A DNA stretch of 64,000 nt from Felis catus. Its lineage: Eukaryota. Below the pieces are notes generated by a model. It made no database searches, was not told the origin of the DNA, and worked only from the letters and a program-made list of their open reading frames with translations. Shown in pieces: positions 1-12,746 of the stretch. Both the position numbers and the translations under genes were made by a program. The stretch's first letter is position 1. Each line of letters begins with the position of its first letter. The stretch is taken from contig NC_058368.1 of the NCBI RefSeq assembly GCF_018350175.1, positions 27,778,001 to 27,842,000 of the forward strand, given 5' to 3'.

Positions 1-769
1 ACAAAGAATGAATCCAAGAAAAAGGAAGGGAGTAGGTATTAGAACAGTTGTGAACAAAGAATATAGTGACATGTATAGTCAGGTATGTGATAGACTTTTC
101 TCTTTTCTAAAAATTAAGAATAAGCACGATCAAATTAATATAGAGGATTTTAGTGCTAGAAGAGGCACAAGGAAGAGGAGATAGGAAGTAACGTTGAGTG
201 TTTTTTTCTTTGTACGAGTGAAGGCTTGTGAATTCCGCATATTGATAGAAGACTAATTTGTGTTTTATGTGTTTCATTATAGGGGATATAGGAAATATAA
301 CATAAGAACAGGTGAAAAAATACAGTGAAATTCAATGAATACAACGAAAATTTGATCATTGTAACATAAGGCAGAAAAGAGGAAGAACTATGAACAAGTC
401 AGCAATCACAGAAAAGGTATACACGCCAAATCTCCTTATTAAAAGAAATACTCTTGGGTGGCATAAAAAGATGAAATTCTAGCTATCTGCTACTTTAAGA
501 GATGCCATAAAACAAAAGAGATGAAAATAAAGGAATGGAAAGTATAACCATAAATGCTAACAATAGAAGGCAGATTAATTAATATCACTGTTAATAGGAG
601 ACAAAATTAAATTCAAGGTGAAAAGCATTCAACAGGATGAAGAGTATTTTATAGAGATAAAATATGTCAGCCAAAAGATAATGTGAATAATGGGTCTTTA
701 TCAATTTGAAACCTATAAAACAAACTGCTAAAGTCTGTAATATAGATAATGGATTTGTCACCTTCTCTC

Positions 770-969
770 TTTTTTTTTAAGTTTATTTTTGAGAGTGAGC
801 AAACATAAGTGGGGGAGGGGCAGAGAGAGAGGAGACAGAGAATCCCAAGCAGGCTCTGTGCTGAGCCCACAGAGCCCGATGCAGGGCCTGAACTCATGAA
901 CCGCAAAATCATGACCTGAGCTGAAATCAAGAGTTGGACGCTTAACTGACTGAGCCACCGAAGCGCCTC
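770..969 (-). mobile_element. CAN-SINE (felid SINEC)
   Basis: tRNA-derived head, (CT)n tract and A-rich tail on the minus strand. Confidence 0.9.
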
Positions 970-1273
970 AAATTTTCCTTTTTATTTAACTAATTCTCCA
1001 TTGAAATTAGCAGATCATGTGAACCAAAAAATGATATAAGGAATAGAAGATTTGAATAACAATCAGTATGATTATATAGACAGTTATAAAGTATTGTACC
1101 TAGTTTATGAAAATACAAAATCTTTACAAATATTGACGTAACTACAATTGGCCTTCACTAAGGTTTCAGAGTTTCTCAGAAAATCCCCCCAGTACTCCCA
1201 AATCCTAGAGAACCACCATTCCTAAGGAAAATGTAATAAAATCATAAATTAAGCAATAAGAAATGTTAATGTC

Positions 1274-1382
1274 AGGGGCGTCTGGCTGGCTCAGCTGGAG
1301 GAACATGTGACTCTTGATCTCGGGGTCAGGAGTTTGAGACCCATATTGGGTATAGGGATTACTCAAATAAGCAAAAAAAAAA
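1274..1382 (+). mobile_element. Short older CAN-SINE (tRNA-Lys-like head plus A tail)
   Basis: ggggcgtctggctggctcag...ggagtttgagaccc...A-tail; imperfect TSD aagaaatgttaatgtc / aagaaatttcatgtc. Confidence 0.75.
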
Positions 1383-1674
1383 GAAATTTCATGTCTATTC
1401 ACATAAATGTTTTTCTAATCACTTTTCTGAATGACTGTTAGGGTACAAATTGAAACCAAAACTGAAATTACAAATTACTTGGGGATAAAAGAATACAAGT
1501 TTTAAAGTATCCCATATTATATAAATTTATAGAATGTGGCTATAAAATTATTTAGAAAATAGTTATAAAAGCATTTAGTAAAAATAGAAACAAACTAAAC
1601 ATCGTATTCAGATAGTAATAGAACAATAAAATAAGTACAAATAGGTAGAAGGAAGGATAATACAGGAAAAAAAG

Positions 1675-1876
1675 TTTTAAAATGTTTATTTATTTTGAGA
1701 GAGAGCACATGTGCAAGTAGGGAAGGGGCAGAAAGAAAGGGAAAGGGAATCCCAAGCAGGTTCCGTGCTGTCAGCACAGAACCCTACGCGGGGCTCAGTC
1801 TCAGGAACCATGAGATCATGACCCGAGCTGAAATCAAGAGTCAGATGCTTAACTGAGTGAGCCACCGAGGCACCCC
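1675..1876 (-). mobile_element. CAN-SINE
   Basis: Consensus-like head and tail on the minus strand. Confidence 0.9.
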
Positions 1877-2902
1877 CACCCCCCAAATTTGTTTAAATGA
1901 TGTAGAAAATGAATTTATCATCTGTAAATTAACCCCAAAACTAGTTTTTTGCTTTTTAAAAAAAATTCTTATAAAATTTCAGGCCGATTTTGAACTTGTC
2001 TGATTTAAAAATAAAAAAAGAAGAGCCCCAAGGATAAGAAAGGGAGTACAACCAGAATTCTGGAAGAGCAAAATACTCCTAATTATCCTACTTCTAATTG
2101 TTAATTTTTTGTCACCCAGATTTCCTCATTTATTTCCTGGGGAAAATATACATGACTAGACTTGAAGCCTGAATAGAGTAATAACTAGAAGTGGAAGAGA
2201 AAATACAGTTTGGTTTTTACCTAAAAAAAAAAGCCCAATTGGGTTTTTGTTTTGTTCTGTTTTTGTTTTTTCAGTGAGTTCTACTAAACCTTCAAGGAAG
2301 GTGTTAGATTTCATTTGAAATCCTAAGAAAGAAGCCAGCTTTTCCAGTGAAGTCTGGAACAGGGTGATGAGAATGCTTGTTATTACTGCCCTATAACTAG
2401 AGACTGTTTCTATTTTTAACAAAGAAATAATCTAAATATTGCAAAGAAAGAGATCAGTGTCTCTGATTATCCGTCTAAACCATCCCGAAGGGATCAACCA
2501 AAAAATTACTGGACCTAATACTAACAGCTCAACTAACATGAATGAATCTAAAGCCAATATGCAAATATTTGTCTATCTTCTATACCATCAAAAGCTCATT
2601 AAAAAATATAATTAAAGAAAAAGCCCACTTAAAATAATCATCCACTGTAAAACAGGTGAGTCGAATAGATAGATCCTACATAAGATACCTAAAAGAAGAT
2701 GAAAATAAATGTAGACCATTAACTCTAGAAGGGAAAAAAAAGCCAGTATTATAAAGATAGTTCTCCTGAACAGGACCTTTTGTGGAATTTGATAAATCAA
2801 GTTTAAAGAGAAAATACTAAAAAAAAACGATACACTTGAAAGAGAAATTGAATGGAGTTAGGAGAGGCTTGTTGTACCAGGTATTACGTGTATTAATATA
2901 TT

Positions 2903-3120
2903 GGGGTGCCTGGGTGGCTCAGCCGGTTAAGCGTCCGACTTCAGCCAGGTCACGATCTCGCGGTCTGTGAGTTCGAGCCCCGCGTCGGGCTCTGTGCTGA
3001 CAGCTCAGAGCCTGGAGCCTGTTTCCGATTCTGTGTCTCCCTCTCTCTCTGCCCCTCCCCCGTTCATGCTCTGTCTCTCTCTGTCCCAAAAATAAATAAA
3101 AAACGTTGAAAAAAATTTTT
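2903..3120 (+). mobile_element. CAN-SINE (young type)
   Basis: ggggtgcctgggtggctcag...aaaaataaataaa, CpGs retained. Confidence 0.92.
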
Positions 3121-3700
3121 TAATATAAAAGTATGGTAGTAATAAAGTGTTACTGGCATTGTAATAAATCTATTCAGTGAAAGAATCTAGAAGCAGGCCC
3201 ATGAATATAAGGGCATTTAGTATTTAGGACTTCAGCTATTGATAAAAGTATCCTTTCAAATCAGTGTCAAAAAGACAATTTGACAAATTGTATTGAGCCA
3301 ACACAATTAGAATATGATGAAGAATGTTTTTGGAAAGGAGATTCTACCCCCTAAATCATAAGTCACACACATAACTCAGAAGCCATAAGGATTTGACTGC
3401 AGGAAAAAGTTGTGGTAGGTGACAACAGTCAACAGTATTACAAGTGAGTCTAGGAGAAAATATTTGCCTCAAGAGTAATGGACAAAGGCTTAATTTCACA
3501 AAGAACTCTTATAAATTAGTAAGAAAAAGACAACTCTAGAAAAATTGACAAATGGCTTGAACTAGCAGTTCAAAGACAAGAGATATAAAATCGATAAAAA
3601 TATTTGGCCTCACTGATGATCAGAGAAACATAAAAAATTTTATTTTGACACTGGCCAAAATGTAAATGTATTGATAGTATCTAGCATTAGGCAATGGGCT

Positions 3701-5220
3701 TTCATGTATTCAACTGTGAGCACCTGGTATAGATCGAGCACTATACTAGGTTACTAGGTTCTAGACACGTATGATGAATAAAGCAAATCTAGCCCCATGA
3801 CCAAGTGTGGAAATTCAGATAATAAACCAGATGACCAAGGAATATACAGGATGATAGACTATAATTCCTATGAGAGAACATAGGGGAAGATAATGATCTC
3901 TACCAGTGATCAAGAATACTGAAACTGGGAGGGGAGAATGTAGGGGAGAACTGCATCTCTGAGAAAATGACAGTTGAGTGGAGGGATGAGAAAGGAACGA
4001 GTCCTGCTGAGAACCAGGGAAGTGGGTCCTAGGCTGCGGGAGCAGCACCCAGTATATTTGGAAAGGAAGCTGATATATTTGGGTTGAAGTGGGGGAAGAG
4101 AGATCATGAAGTTGACAAGATTGATAGGAGCCAGAGAGATCATGCAGGCCATGGCACATAGTTTGGGTTTTATTTAAGCTACAGGAGCAAACCTTCAGAA
4201 GCTGTTTTATTGTTTTTAAAGAAGTGATTACTGTTTGCTGTGTCAAGAATAGATTTGAGGAGGCAAGAATGGAAATGGAGAAGCTAGAGACAACGTTACG
4301 GCGGTAGTCCAGGCAGGAGTTGGTGTCGGCTCTGATCAGAGTGATGTCCATGTTCATGAATTTCATGTGAAGCCTGTCTACACCCCTGCCCCCATCCTCC
4401 TCCATGTCTACCATCCCCAAACACCTGATAGGTTATTTTTCCCCAAGTTTGATTCACTTGCTCTGGTGCCCATACAGAGAAAGCAGATGGTCGGCTTTAC
4501 CTTAGAGAGTCAAAGACATTTGTAAAGGAAAGATTGTAAAAAGGCACTGTGGGCTCTAAGCTGCACAATAAATAGAGATGGGTGGGAACCGATGGTGAGA
4601 AAAAGGGAGGAATGATGGCTTGGAAATCCCAAACTGAGCAGAAAATTGTTGTAGTGATGATGTTTGTGCCAAGAACACGGAATGATGGAAAGTTCTGTCC
4701 AAGAGTGGTGTTTGTCAGTTCTTCTGTTGGAGGGAGGATACTTGTTCATGACGGTAGAGTTTAGGGTAGGACTCTAGGAGTGTGGCTGAGGCAGACTGAA
4801 GAGGTGTTGGAGATGAGAAAATAAAAAGTGGAGCCTGGGAGCTGGAAGGCAAGGAGGAGATCTGGGACATCCATGTCTCCAACAGTAGTTGAGATGGGGA
4901 GGAAGCCTGGTCGTGATGAATGAGAGATGCTTCGGACCAGAAGGTTTGGAGTGTGTAATAGCAAAGAGGGGAGAAGAACATAGGGTATACTGATGTCAAG
5001 GGCACTAACCGGAACAGACTTTTTTTTTTTTTTTTTTTTTTTGCAAGTGATGGAGGGAGAAGTAATTGTCTGAAGTAACGTGAGGAGCAAAGAAGAGGCC
5101 CGTGTCCCCCCCCCCCCCCCTCCCCCAGGCACTGAGGAAAATGTATGAGAAATAAGATGCCTCCATTTAGGGAACTCAGAGGCAAATGCTGTCTTTAGGT
5201 TTTGTCTTCTCTTGGTTTCA
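3701..5220 (-). mobile_element. L2 LINE remnant
   Basis: Reverse L2 3' end (attcaac..tgagcacct..ctagg) and typical purine-rich L2 antisense body. Confidence 0.65.
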
Positions 5221-5249
5221 GGTAAGGAAGAGAGCTGAGGGAGATTCCT

Positions 5250-5895
5250 TTTTTTTTTTTCTTTTGAAATAACTTTCAGCTTAGAGAAAGGTTACAAAAA
5301 TAGTACAGAGTTTTGCACTGAGACTTTCTAGCTTCCCCTAATGTTAATATCTTGTATAAACCATAGTGCATTTATCAAACTAGGCAATTAAGATTGACAC
5401 AATAAACTACAGGCTTTATTAGAATTTCACCAATTTCTCCTCAATGTTCTTTTTTCTATTTTAGGATCTGATTCAGGATCACATAATATAATTAGTGGTC
5501 ATGACTATTTAGTTTCCTCTAGTCTGTGACAGTGCCTCATTTTTGCCTTATGTTTCATGACCTTGACACTTTCAGTCAGTACTGGTTAGTTACTTTGTAG
5601 AATGTACCTCTAATTTGGGTTTATCTGATATTTTCTTATGATAAGATTGAGGTTTTAATTTTCAGAATACTAAGAGGTGATCCGGTGTCCTTGGAGCATC
5701 CTATCAAGAGGGTGTATGATGTTGATGTCCTCATTACTGGTGATACTAACTTTCATTATTTAGTCAGGGTGGTCTCCACTGTAAAGTTAATTGTTTTTTT
5801 CCCTTTGTAATTGATATTTTGTAGTTGGGGGAAATACTTTAAGACTATTCTAATATCCTGTTATCCTCAAACTTTTCCCCACTGATTTTAGCTTT
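5250..5895 (-). mobile_element. Old L1 (L1MC-like) 3' end
   Basis: T-run followed by ttttgaaataactttcagcttagagaaaggttacaaaaatagtacagag. Confidence 0.65.
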
Positions 5896-6279
5896 GAGTG
5901 CTTATAAGTATATGAATGTTTTTTGTTCACACCCACTTAAATGAAACTGACTCAGTCAAAACCATCTCTGTTTAGTTTATTCGATAACCCATATTACTAA
6001 GCACAAAGCAGAGACTGAGGAAGAATTTGTTGCTGGCGCAAATGCGTATGTGAATATAAGAATGATTACTTGCTCACCTAAACCTCACAGTGGCCAAGTT
6101 CAGGTTTGTGAAGCTACTGTGAAAGACAAGAAGAATGTATTGTTAGTCCTCCTAGAGAAGGATTCCTAAGACACGCTAAGATTGTGTTTCCAAATGTGTG
6201 TGATAGCATGATTTAATCATTAAGTCAGAATCCTGTGGACCTCAGAGAATTACGCATGTTAAATATCCATCGGTACCTC

Positions 6280-6466
6280 TATAGTAGATCCCAAGATCAC
6301 CAGGGGTGCTTTTGAGAAACATGGGTTCCCGGATCCGATACCAGACATGCTGAATTGGAAAGTTTAAGTCTTGAGTCCAGGGCTTGACAAGAAGCAGCGT
6401 AGATGATTCTTACGGTGTCAGCCACACGTGGGTCTTCCTGGTGGCATTTTGGAAATTATTGCTCTA
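6280..6466. mobile_element. MER5-like hAT-Charlie DNA transposon remnant
   Basis: atcaccaggggtgctt...gatgattctta...ttggaaattattgctcta resembles the MER5 family. Confidence 0.5.
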
Positions 6467-6813
6467 AGGAATCCAGAATGGCATCTGCAAAACTTTTCCC
6501 CATAAGCGCCACAATAGTGTGTATGCTTTTTCTCTCCTTGAGAAGCATTGCAAAATCACAGAAAATATGTATCAATCACTAAGGTCACACTTACGATTTT
6601 GCCTACATTTGTTTCATTTTTAAAAAAGACATTAAATGGCATAGTGATGGCTAAAGTGTTAGTTACCCTTTCACCCTCATCCCTTCCCTCCATTTTTTCT
6701 CTAACAGCAACAGTGTTCTGGTGTGTAACATTTGTCAGTGCCCTTCAGCAGAAGACCACCAGGGACATACCTGTAGTTGAATATTATGGGTTTATTACAA
6801 AAAAGGAAAACAT

Positions 6814-7037
6814 GGGACACCTGGGTGGCTCAGTCGGTTAAGTGTCAGACTTCAGCTCAGGTCATGATCTCATGTCTCATAGGTTCAAGCCCCACGTCTG
6901 GCTCTGTGCTGACAGCTCAGAGCCTGGAGCCTGCTTCTGATTCTGTGTCTTCCCCCCCCCCCCCCCACCGCCCCCTCTCTGCCTCTCTTCTACCCGTGTT
7001 CTCTCTCTCTCAAAAACAAACAACTAAAAAAGAAAAA
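6814..7037 (+). mobile_element. CAN-SINE
   Basis: Consensus head; expanded C-run in the CT tract. Confidence 0.9.
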
Positions 7038-7432
7038 AGGGAAAACACACACTGTAAGAAATGGAGGGATATCTCAGTAAGAGTGTTAGAAATAACTGAT
7101 GAGGATTTAGGTTTCAGTTAGGTAATTTGGGGAAGGGTCTAAAGAAGCAGGAGATTGCTCTAGATTGTGTGTTGTCAGCATGTGGGGACAATTCTGTGAT
7201 TGGATGTCTCACTAAATGTTACCTATAGGGAGGACAGCCTAGATGAGTATGACACTGGTAAGGAAGTCTGCATTCATTTAGCAAGATGGGGGATATTTGG
7301 TAATTTGTGAGGTCTACTTGGGTAAAGTGGATATTCTGTGGGACCATTTATGTCCATCAGTAGAACAACATGGCTTAGCTGTAAACGTCGGATTAGTTTG
7401 TAATAACATTGAGATTAAGATGTGTCAGAACA

Positions 7433-7658
7433 GGGGCGCCTGGATGGCGCAGTCGGTTAAGCGTCCGACTTCAGCCAGGTCACGATCTCGCGGTCCGTGA
7501 GTTCGAGCCCCACGTCAGGCTCTGGGCTGATGGCTTGGAGCCTGGAGCCTGTTTCCGATTCTGTGTCTCCTTCTCTCTCTGCCCCTCGCCCGTTCATGCT
7601 CTGTCTCTCTTTGTCCCAAAAATAAATAAAAATGTTGAAAAAAAAATTAAAAAAAAAA
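7433..7658 (+). mobile_element. CAN-SINE (young type)
   Basis: Perfect 16-bp TSD aagatgtgtcagaaca (7417-7432 and 7659-7674). Confidence 0.95.
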
Positions 7659-7987
7659 AAGATGTGTCAGAACAGTTCCTAAATATCTTGGGCTGCTTTT
7701 TCTTTTTCTCATCATGTACATTGTTCCAATTTTATTACATATATGTGAATCCACACAAGGTACAGACTGTTGTTTTATGCCCTTCAGATACTTTGATCAC
7801 TGTATCATACCTTTACAACTCCTCCCCCCCCCCACCCCCCCGCGCCCCGACTGGATACTGTTTTTTGAGATTTCACCATATCGATTCTTGATGTAGATCT
7901 AGTTCATTCTCTTCTTCCTTTCCATTCTCATCTTCCCCTCACCCCCACTCCACATCTTCTTTCTATCTCTGGGACTCTCTCTCTCTC

Positions 7988-8200
7988 TTTTTTTTTTTTA
8001 ATGTTTTATTTATCTTTGAGAATGAGGGACAGAGCACTAGCGGGGAAAGGGGCAGAAAGGGAGGGAGACACAGAATCCTAAGCAGACTCCAGGCTCTGAG
8101 TCGTTAGCACAGAGCCTGATACGGGGCTGTGAGATCAGGACCTGAGCCCAAGTCAGACGCTTAACTGACTGAGCCACCCAGGCTCTGCCCCCCCCCCCCC
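7988..8200 (-). mobile_element. CAN-SINE
   Basis: Flanked by the 18-bp repeat ttctatctctgggactct (7961-7978 and 8211-8228). Confidence 0.9.
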
Positions 8201-8673
8201 TTTTTTTAAATTCTATCTCTGGGACTCTTATAGCAGTGCTGGATTAAATTACCTTGTTCAGGTGTCTTTAAATACCTATGCAAGAGTTTCTCTAGAGTTG
8301 GTACCTAGGCATTATGCACATATTCATCTCTACTAAGCACTGTCAAATTACTCCCTGAAGTGGTAACACCAATTTTCCCTTCCATTAGCAATTTATAAGA
8401 GGACCAGTTTTGTAAGACACCCTCCCCAGTATTTGGAAGGTTCATGCTTTTTTATGCTCTGAGCCTAGGTAGCTCCTAGGCCTAACAGGAAGACAGCTCC
8501 AGAATGAAGCCCCTTTCCCACCTTCCCCTCCCCTGACTAAGGTTCTGAAATATCTGCTTAGCTGAATCCTTGAGAATCCTTGTTTCTCATCTTCCTCAAC
8601 TCTTTTTGGCTGCCTCTTACACTTTTGGAATTGATCACTTAATTGAGAAATGATTCTCTTGTACATATTTCTT

Positions 8674-9113
8674 TTCTTTCTTTTTGATTTTAATTTACAT
8701 CCAAATTAGCATATAGTGCAACAATGATTTCAGGAGTAGATTCCTTAGTGCCCCTTACCCATTTAGCCCAGCCCCGCTCCCACAACCCCTCCAAAACCCT
8801 CAGTGTGTTCTCCATATTTATGAGTCTCTTCTGTTTTGTCCCCCTCCCTGTTTTTATATTATTTTTGTTTCCCTTCCCTTATGTTCATCTGTTTTGTCTC
8901 TTAAAGTCCTCATATGAGTGAAATCATATGATATTTGCCTTTCTCTGACTGACTAATTTCACTTAGCAAAATACCCTCCAGTTCCATCCACGTAGTTGAA
9001 AATGGCAAGGTTTCATTCTTTTTGATTGCTGGGTAATACTCCATTGTGTATATGTGTGTATATATGTGTGTACACACACACACATACACACACACATATA
9101 CACAATGGAGTAT

Positions 9114-9193
<80 letters not shown>

Positions 9194-9801
9194 CACATCT
9201 TCCTTATCCATTCATCCATCAATGGACATTTGGGCTCTTTCCATACTTTGACCATTGTTGATAGTGCTGCTATAAACATTGGGATGCAAGTGTCCTTCAA
9301 AACAGCATACTTGTATCCCTTGGATGAATACCTAGTAGTGCAATTGCTGGGTCATAGGGTAGTTCTATTTTAGTTTTTTAAGGAACCTCCATACTGTTTT
9401 CCAGAGTGGCTGCACCAGCTTTCATTCCCACCAACAATGCAAAAGAGATCCTTTTCCTCCGCACCCTCCCCAACATCTGTTGTTGCCTGACTTGTTAATG
9501 TTAGCCATTCTGACAGGAGTGAGTTGGTATCTCATTGTGGTTTTGACTTGTATTTCCCCGATGATGAGTGATGTGGAGCATTTCTTTCATGTGTCGGTTG
9601 GCCATCTGGATGTCTTTAGAGAAGTGTCTATTCATGTCTTTTGCCCATTTCTTCACTGGATTATTTGTCTTTGGGGTGTTGAGTTTGATAAGTTCTTTAT
9701 AGATTTTGGATACTAACCCTTTATCTGATATGTCCTTTGCAAATATCTTCTCCCATTCTGTTGGTTGCCTTTTAGTTTTGCTGATTGTTTCCTTCGCTGT
9801 G
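8674..9801 (-). mobile_element. 5'-truncated carnivore L1 (ORF2 C-terminus plus 3' UTR)
   Basis: ORF2 peptides [20 protein letters not shown] and TTWMELEGI; 15-bp TSD ttgtacatatttctt (8659-8673 and 9802-9816). Confidence 0.93.
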
Positions 9802-9825
9802 TTGTACATATTTCTTATGTTGTGT

Positions 9826-10240
9826 TATTAGGGTAGTCTAGGGGTTGTGACAGACTTTAAAATATAGTTTGAATACTATGTTGTTTTTTTCTTGCTCATT
9901 TAAGGAATGGGTGAACAAGTTTGGGTGGAGGCCCTCTCCACTCAGATATTCAGGCACCAAGCCATATGGGCTCTCCTACCTTCAATATTACAACTTTTGG
10001 GTTTGTGCTGGGGGATGTCTTTACTCCAGCCAGCCAGAAAGAGAAGAACATATGGAGGTGCATGGGTAAGAAGTTTGTAATTAGTCCTGGAAGGGGTGTG
10101 ATCACTTCCTTTCACAGTCTATTGGTCAAGACTCAACCCTGTGGCCAACCTTAACTGCAAGGGAGGCCAGGGTATGTAGTCAAGTTGTGTCACTAGAATA
10201 AGAGAACATGAATTTGATGGACATTTAGCAGTCCCTGCTG
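9826..10240. mobile_element. MLT1 (MaLR) LTR remnant
   Basis: cctggaagg..atcacttcc..attggtcaagactc..ttaactgcaagggaggc motif typical of MLT1J/K-like LTRs. Confidence 0.65.
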
Positions 10241-10572
10241 CATCTGAATTGTATTGAAGTGAGGTTAGGATAAGCTATGGGAATCACCCTAACAACAAAC
10301 ACAAAGTACCCTTGAAGATCTTAAGTTGGATGTGAGTGAACTAAATCTTCTAAACCAAGTCTGAATTAATTGGTTCATACACTCTGTGGAGAGTAAAGGG
10401 AGGAGTCCTGTATTTATGCTTATGTCAGAATGATGAACAAAAGAGGGTCATCCTTTCTACAGGTGGTAGAGTCACAGGGATGACAAAGAGCAAGAAACTC
10501 CCAAGGGAAAGGTGACCTAGTGCTGCAGTCAGGGTTCTCAGTCTTGTTGGACTTCCCACCAGGAGATTCTCC

Positions 10573-10736
10573 TGGGGGGAGGGGAAGAGAGAGAGAGGGA
10601 GACACAGAATCTGAAGCAAGCTCTAGGCTCTGAGCGGTCAGCACAGAGCCCGACGCGGGGCTCGAACTCACCGACCATGAGATCATGACCTGAGCTGAAG
10701 TAGGATGCTTCACCGACTGAGCCACCCAGGCACTCT
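10573..10736 (-). mobile_element. 3'-truncated (tailless) CAN-SINE
   Basis: Head intact, ends inside the CT tract; 10-bp direct repeat gagattctcc on both sides. Confidence 0.85.
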
Positions 10737-12652
10737 GAGATTCTCCCACTTTTGCCCTCAAGAAGGTTCTTCTGTATTTTATTTTTATTAAATGTGACCA
10801 TAATTGCCTACAAGTATCCCAGTTCAGTTTAGTCAATATATGGAAATTACATTCTATACCTAGGCCTATACTAACAGTTGAGAAACACCAGTCAGTTAGT
10901 TTAGTAACTTGGAACGTGGCTTGTCAATATGGTTCATCTTTGGGAATAATCCACATTCTCCACAGACCCGTCCTTGAATTCCCGTGGCAGTCTTGTGGCC
11001 CTGTCATTATGATTTAATCCTGTGGCATAAGTGGGGCAGTGATAATTGGTAGAAGGGCCATGGCTAGCGGTTGGCTATGCAGGCAGTTTTGTCCTTGGCA
11101 CCAGCAGGTAAGAAGCCACTGTCAGAACACAACGTGGGGCTGCCCGTCAACTTGGTCTGAGGTTCTTTCCTTGTTTATCGCAGTGTTTCTTTTTCGCCGC
11201 TTTTCCTAGGTCTGAACTCAGGATATTCAGAAATCTCATCCAAACTTCTGGCAACTCTCTTCTTTTAACACTTTTGACTGATGACTTCATAAAGCCCCAG
11301 ACAGTGGGGCAGCTTCCAGGCTCTGAGACTTCATTAGTCTCCTTGTCTATTCTGGGCAAGATAAGCAATCCTAGACAAATGGAGAGGCTGTTTGTCTCCA
11401 GTGCCGAAGCCTTATGTTTCTCAGGGTGATGTACGTCGCTTACCTTTTTGCTCTTCCTTTCCCAGCTCAAGCTTCTGACCTTGTTCAAATGCCATGTTCT
11501 ATCTAAGTAATTATTTGAAGTGATGTTGGCATCCCTGTTTAGTTTTGAATTCCTTGTTTTGATTTTCCTCCACTGGATACCATTTATTTTTACCAGACCA
11601 TTGATGCGTTTTTGGGTGTCCGGATCTTAAGTGCTTGACAAGTTGAAGACTAAAATATCAGGGGGGAAGAAGGGGGATAACTGAGGGAAGGAGGCAGGCA
11701 GTGAGAGGGCTGCAAGAGGCTGGTGCAATATGCATTAGGCCTCCATGAATGAAGTATTTGGTTGTGCATCGGAAATAAGGGGGGAAAATCCCACAAATTA
11801 CATGGGGAGAGGACAAAGAAACGGAGATCAGTGGTAGGCCAAATGGGGAAGTCACTGAAATAAGGCCTAGGGAACAATTCTAGTGTTCTCTGCTTGACAT
11901 AGGTGAGAGGAGAAATTGGGGTGATGGTTTGGGGTTTTTAAGGGAAAAACAAAGACCTTCTTAAAACTGAGGCTGTTTCTCAGCCAATCTTTCTGAGCTA
12001 ACAAGAGATGTCGGAAATGCAGGCCAGAACCAGCAGCATTTCTTACCTTCCATGGAAGGTACAAATCAAATGCGAAGGTGTGTCTGTGTGCATGTGTCTG
12101 TGTAAGGGGCCATAACTGCTTTCAGAATCCCACAGGGGCTCCACGATCCATATGTGGTTAAGAGTTACAGGATTGGAGGGCCTGTATCCCGAGAGCAGCC
12201 AAGGCCATGAGGGCAGCGAGAGGAGAAAGCGGGCGAAGGGCCACAGGAAACCAGCGTGGAATGCGGTCTCACAGGGGACCCAACGTGCCACGGCTCTATC
12301 GTGCGGTCTGAATGTCAGGCTTTAAATACTGAGACGGGAAGTTAGGACCCCACACTGTAGAATCTGAGGGAGCATTTCTCTCCATGTCAAGGAGATAAAA
12401 ATGAAATCCCAGTTTCACATGCCACAAACCTAATTTTATACTTTTCAGATGAATGTTCTTCAACAAGGCGGTCTTACGGTAGCGTTTTATTTTGGTTTTC
12501 TACGCGACCTTGTTCTCACACTAACCTTTTGTTCTACCCAGGACACTTTAAGTCATCACCCAGTGAATGTCTTGGCCAGTATCCAGAGGCACGATGAGTA
12601 ATGATATTTCTGTTTTTATGAAGGCCCTAACACCCGTTTGTGTCCCTGCTAG

Positions 12653-12746
12653 CAAAACTGCGGAGTTCCTGAGCAGACTGGACACAGAGTCGCCAGATAG
12701 AAGTACCTGTCAAAAGGCTCTTCATGACTCACAGTCTTCAACTTGG
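12653..12746 (+). CDS. EPSTI1: EPSTI1 internal coding exon (94 nt; phase 2 in, phase 0 out): (Y)KTAEFLSRLDTESPDRSTCQKALHDSQSSTW
   Basis: Acceptor tgtccctgctag and donor TGG|gtaagt. Peptide matches recalled human EPSTI1 KTAEFLSKLNTESPDRSACQSAVCGPQSSTW. Confidence 0.95.

Larger units (their letters stand above)
400..3700 (+). mobile_element. Ancient degenerate L1 (L1M/L1ME-like) ORF2 remnant, interrupted by SINEs
   Basis: A-rich; eroded endonuclease-like DNA (gacaaaattaaattcaaggtgaaaagc...caggatgaagag) and ORF2 3' motifs. No ORF. Confidence 0.55.
6732..7690. mobile_element. ERVL-type solo LTR interrupted by two SINEs
   Basis: accaccagggacatacctgtagttgaa..gggtttattac motif and ttgctctagattg; exact family uncertain. 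Confidence 0.5.

Noticed and set aside
1274..1350. tRNA gene
   Set aside because: tRNA-derived SINE head with an A-tail and TSD; no intact cloverleaf.
3815..5185. 201-aa and 156-aa minus-strand ORFs
   Set aside because: Lie in a degenerate L2 and cross homopolymer runs; no credible coding signal.
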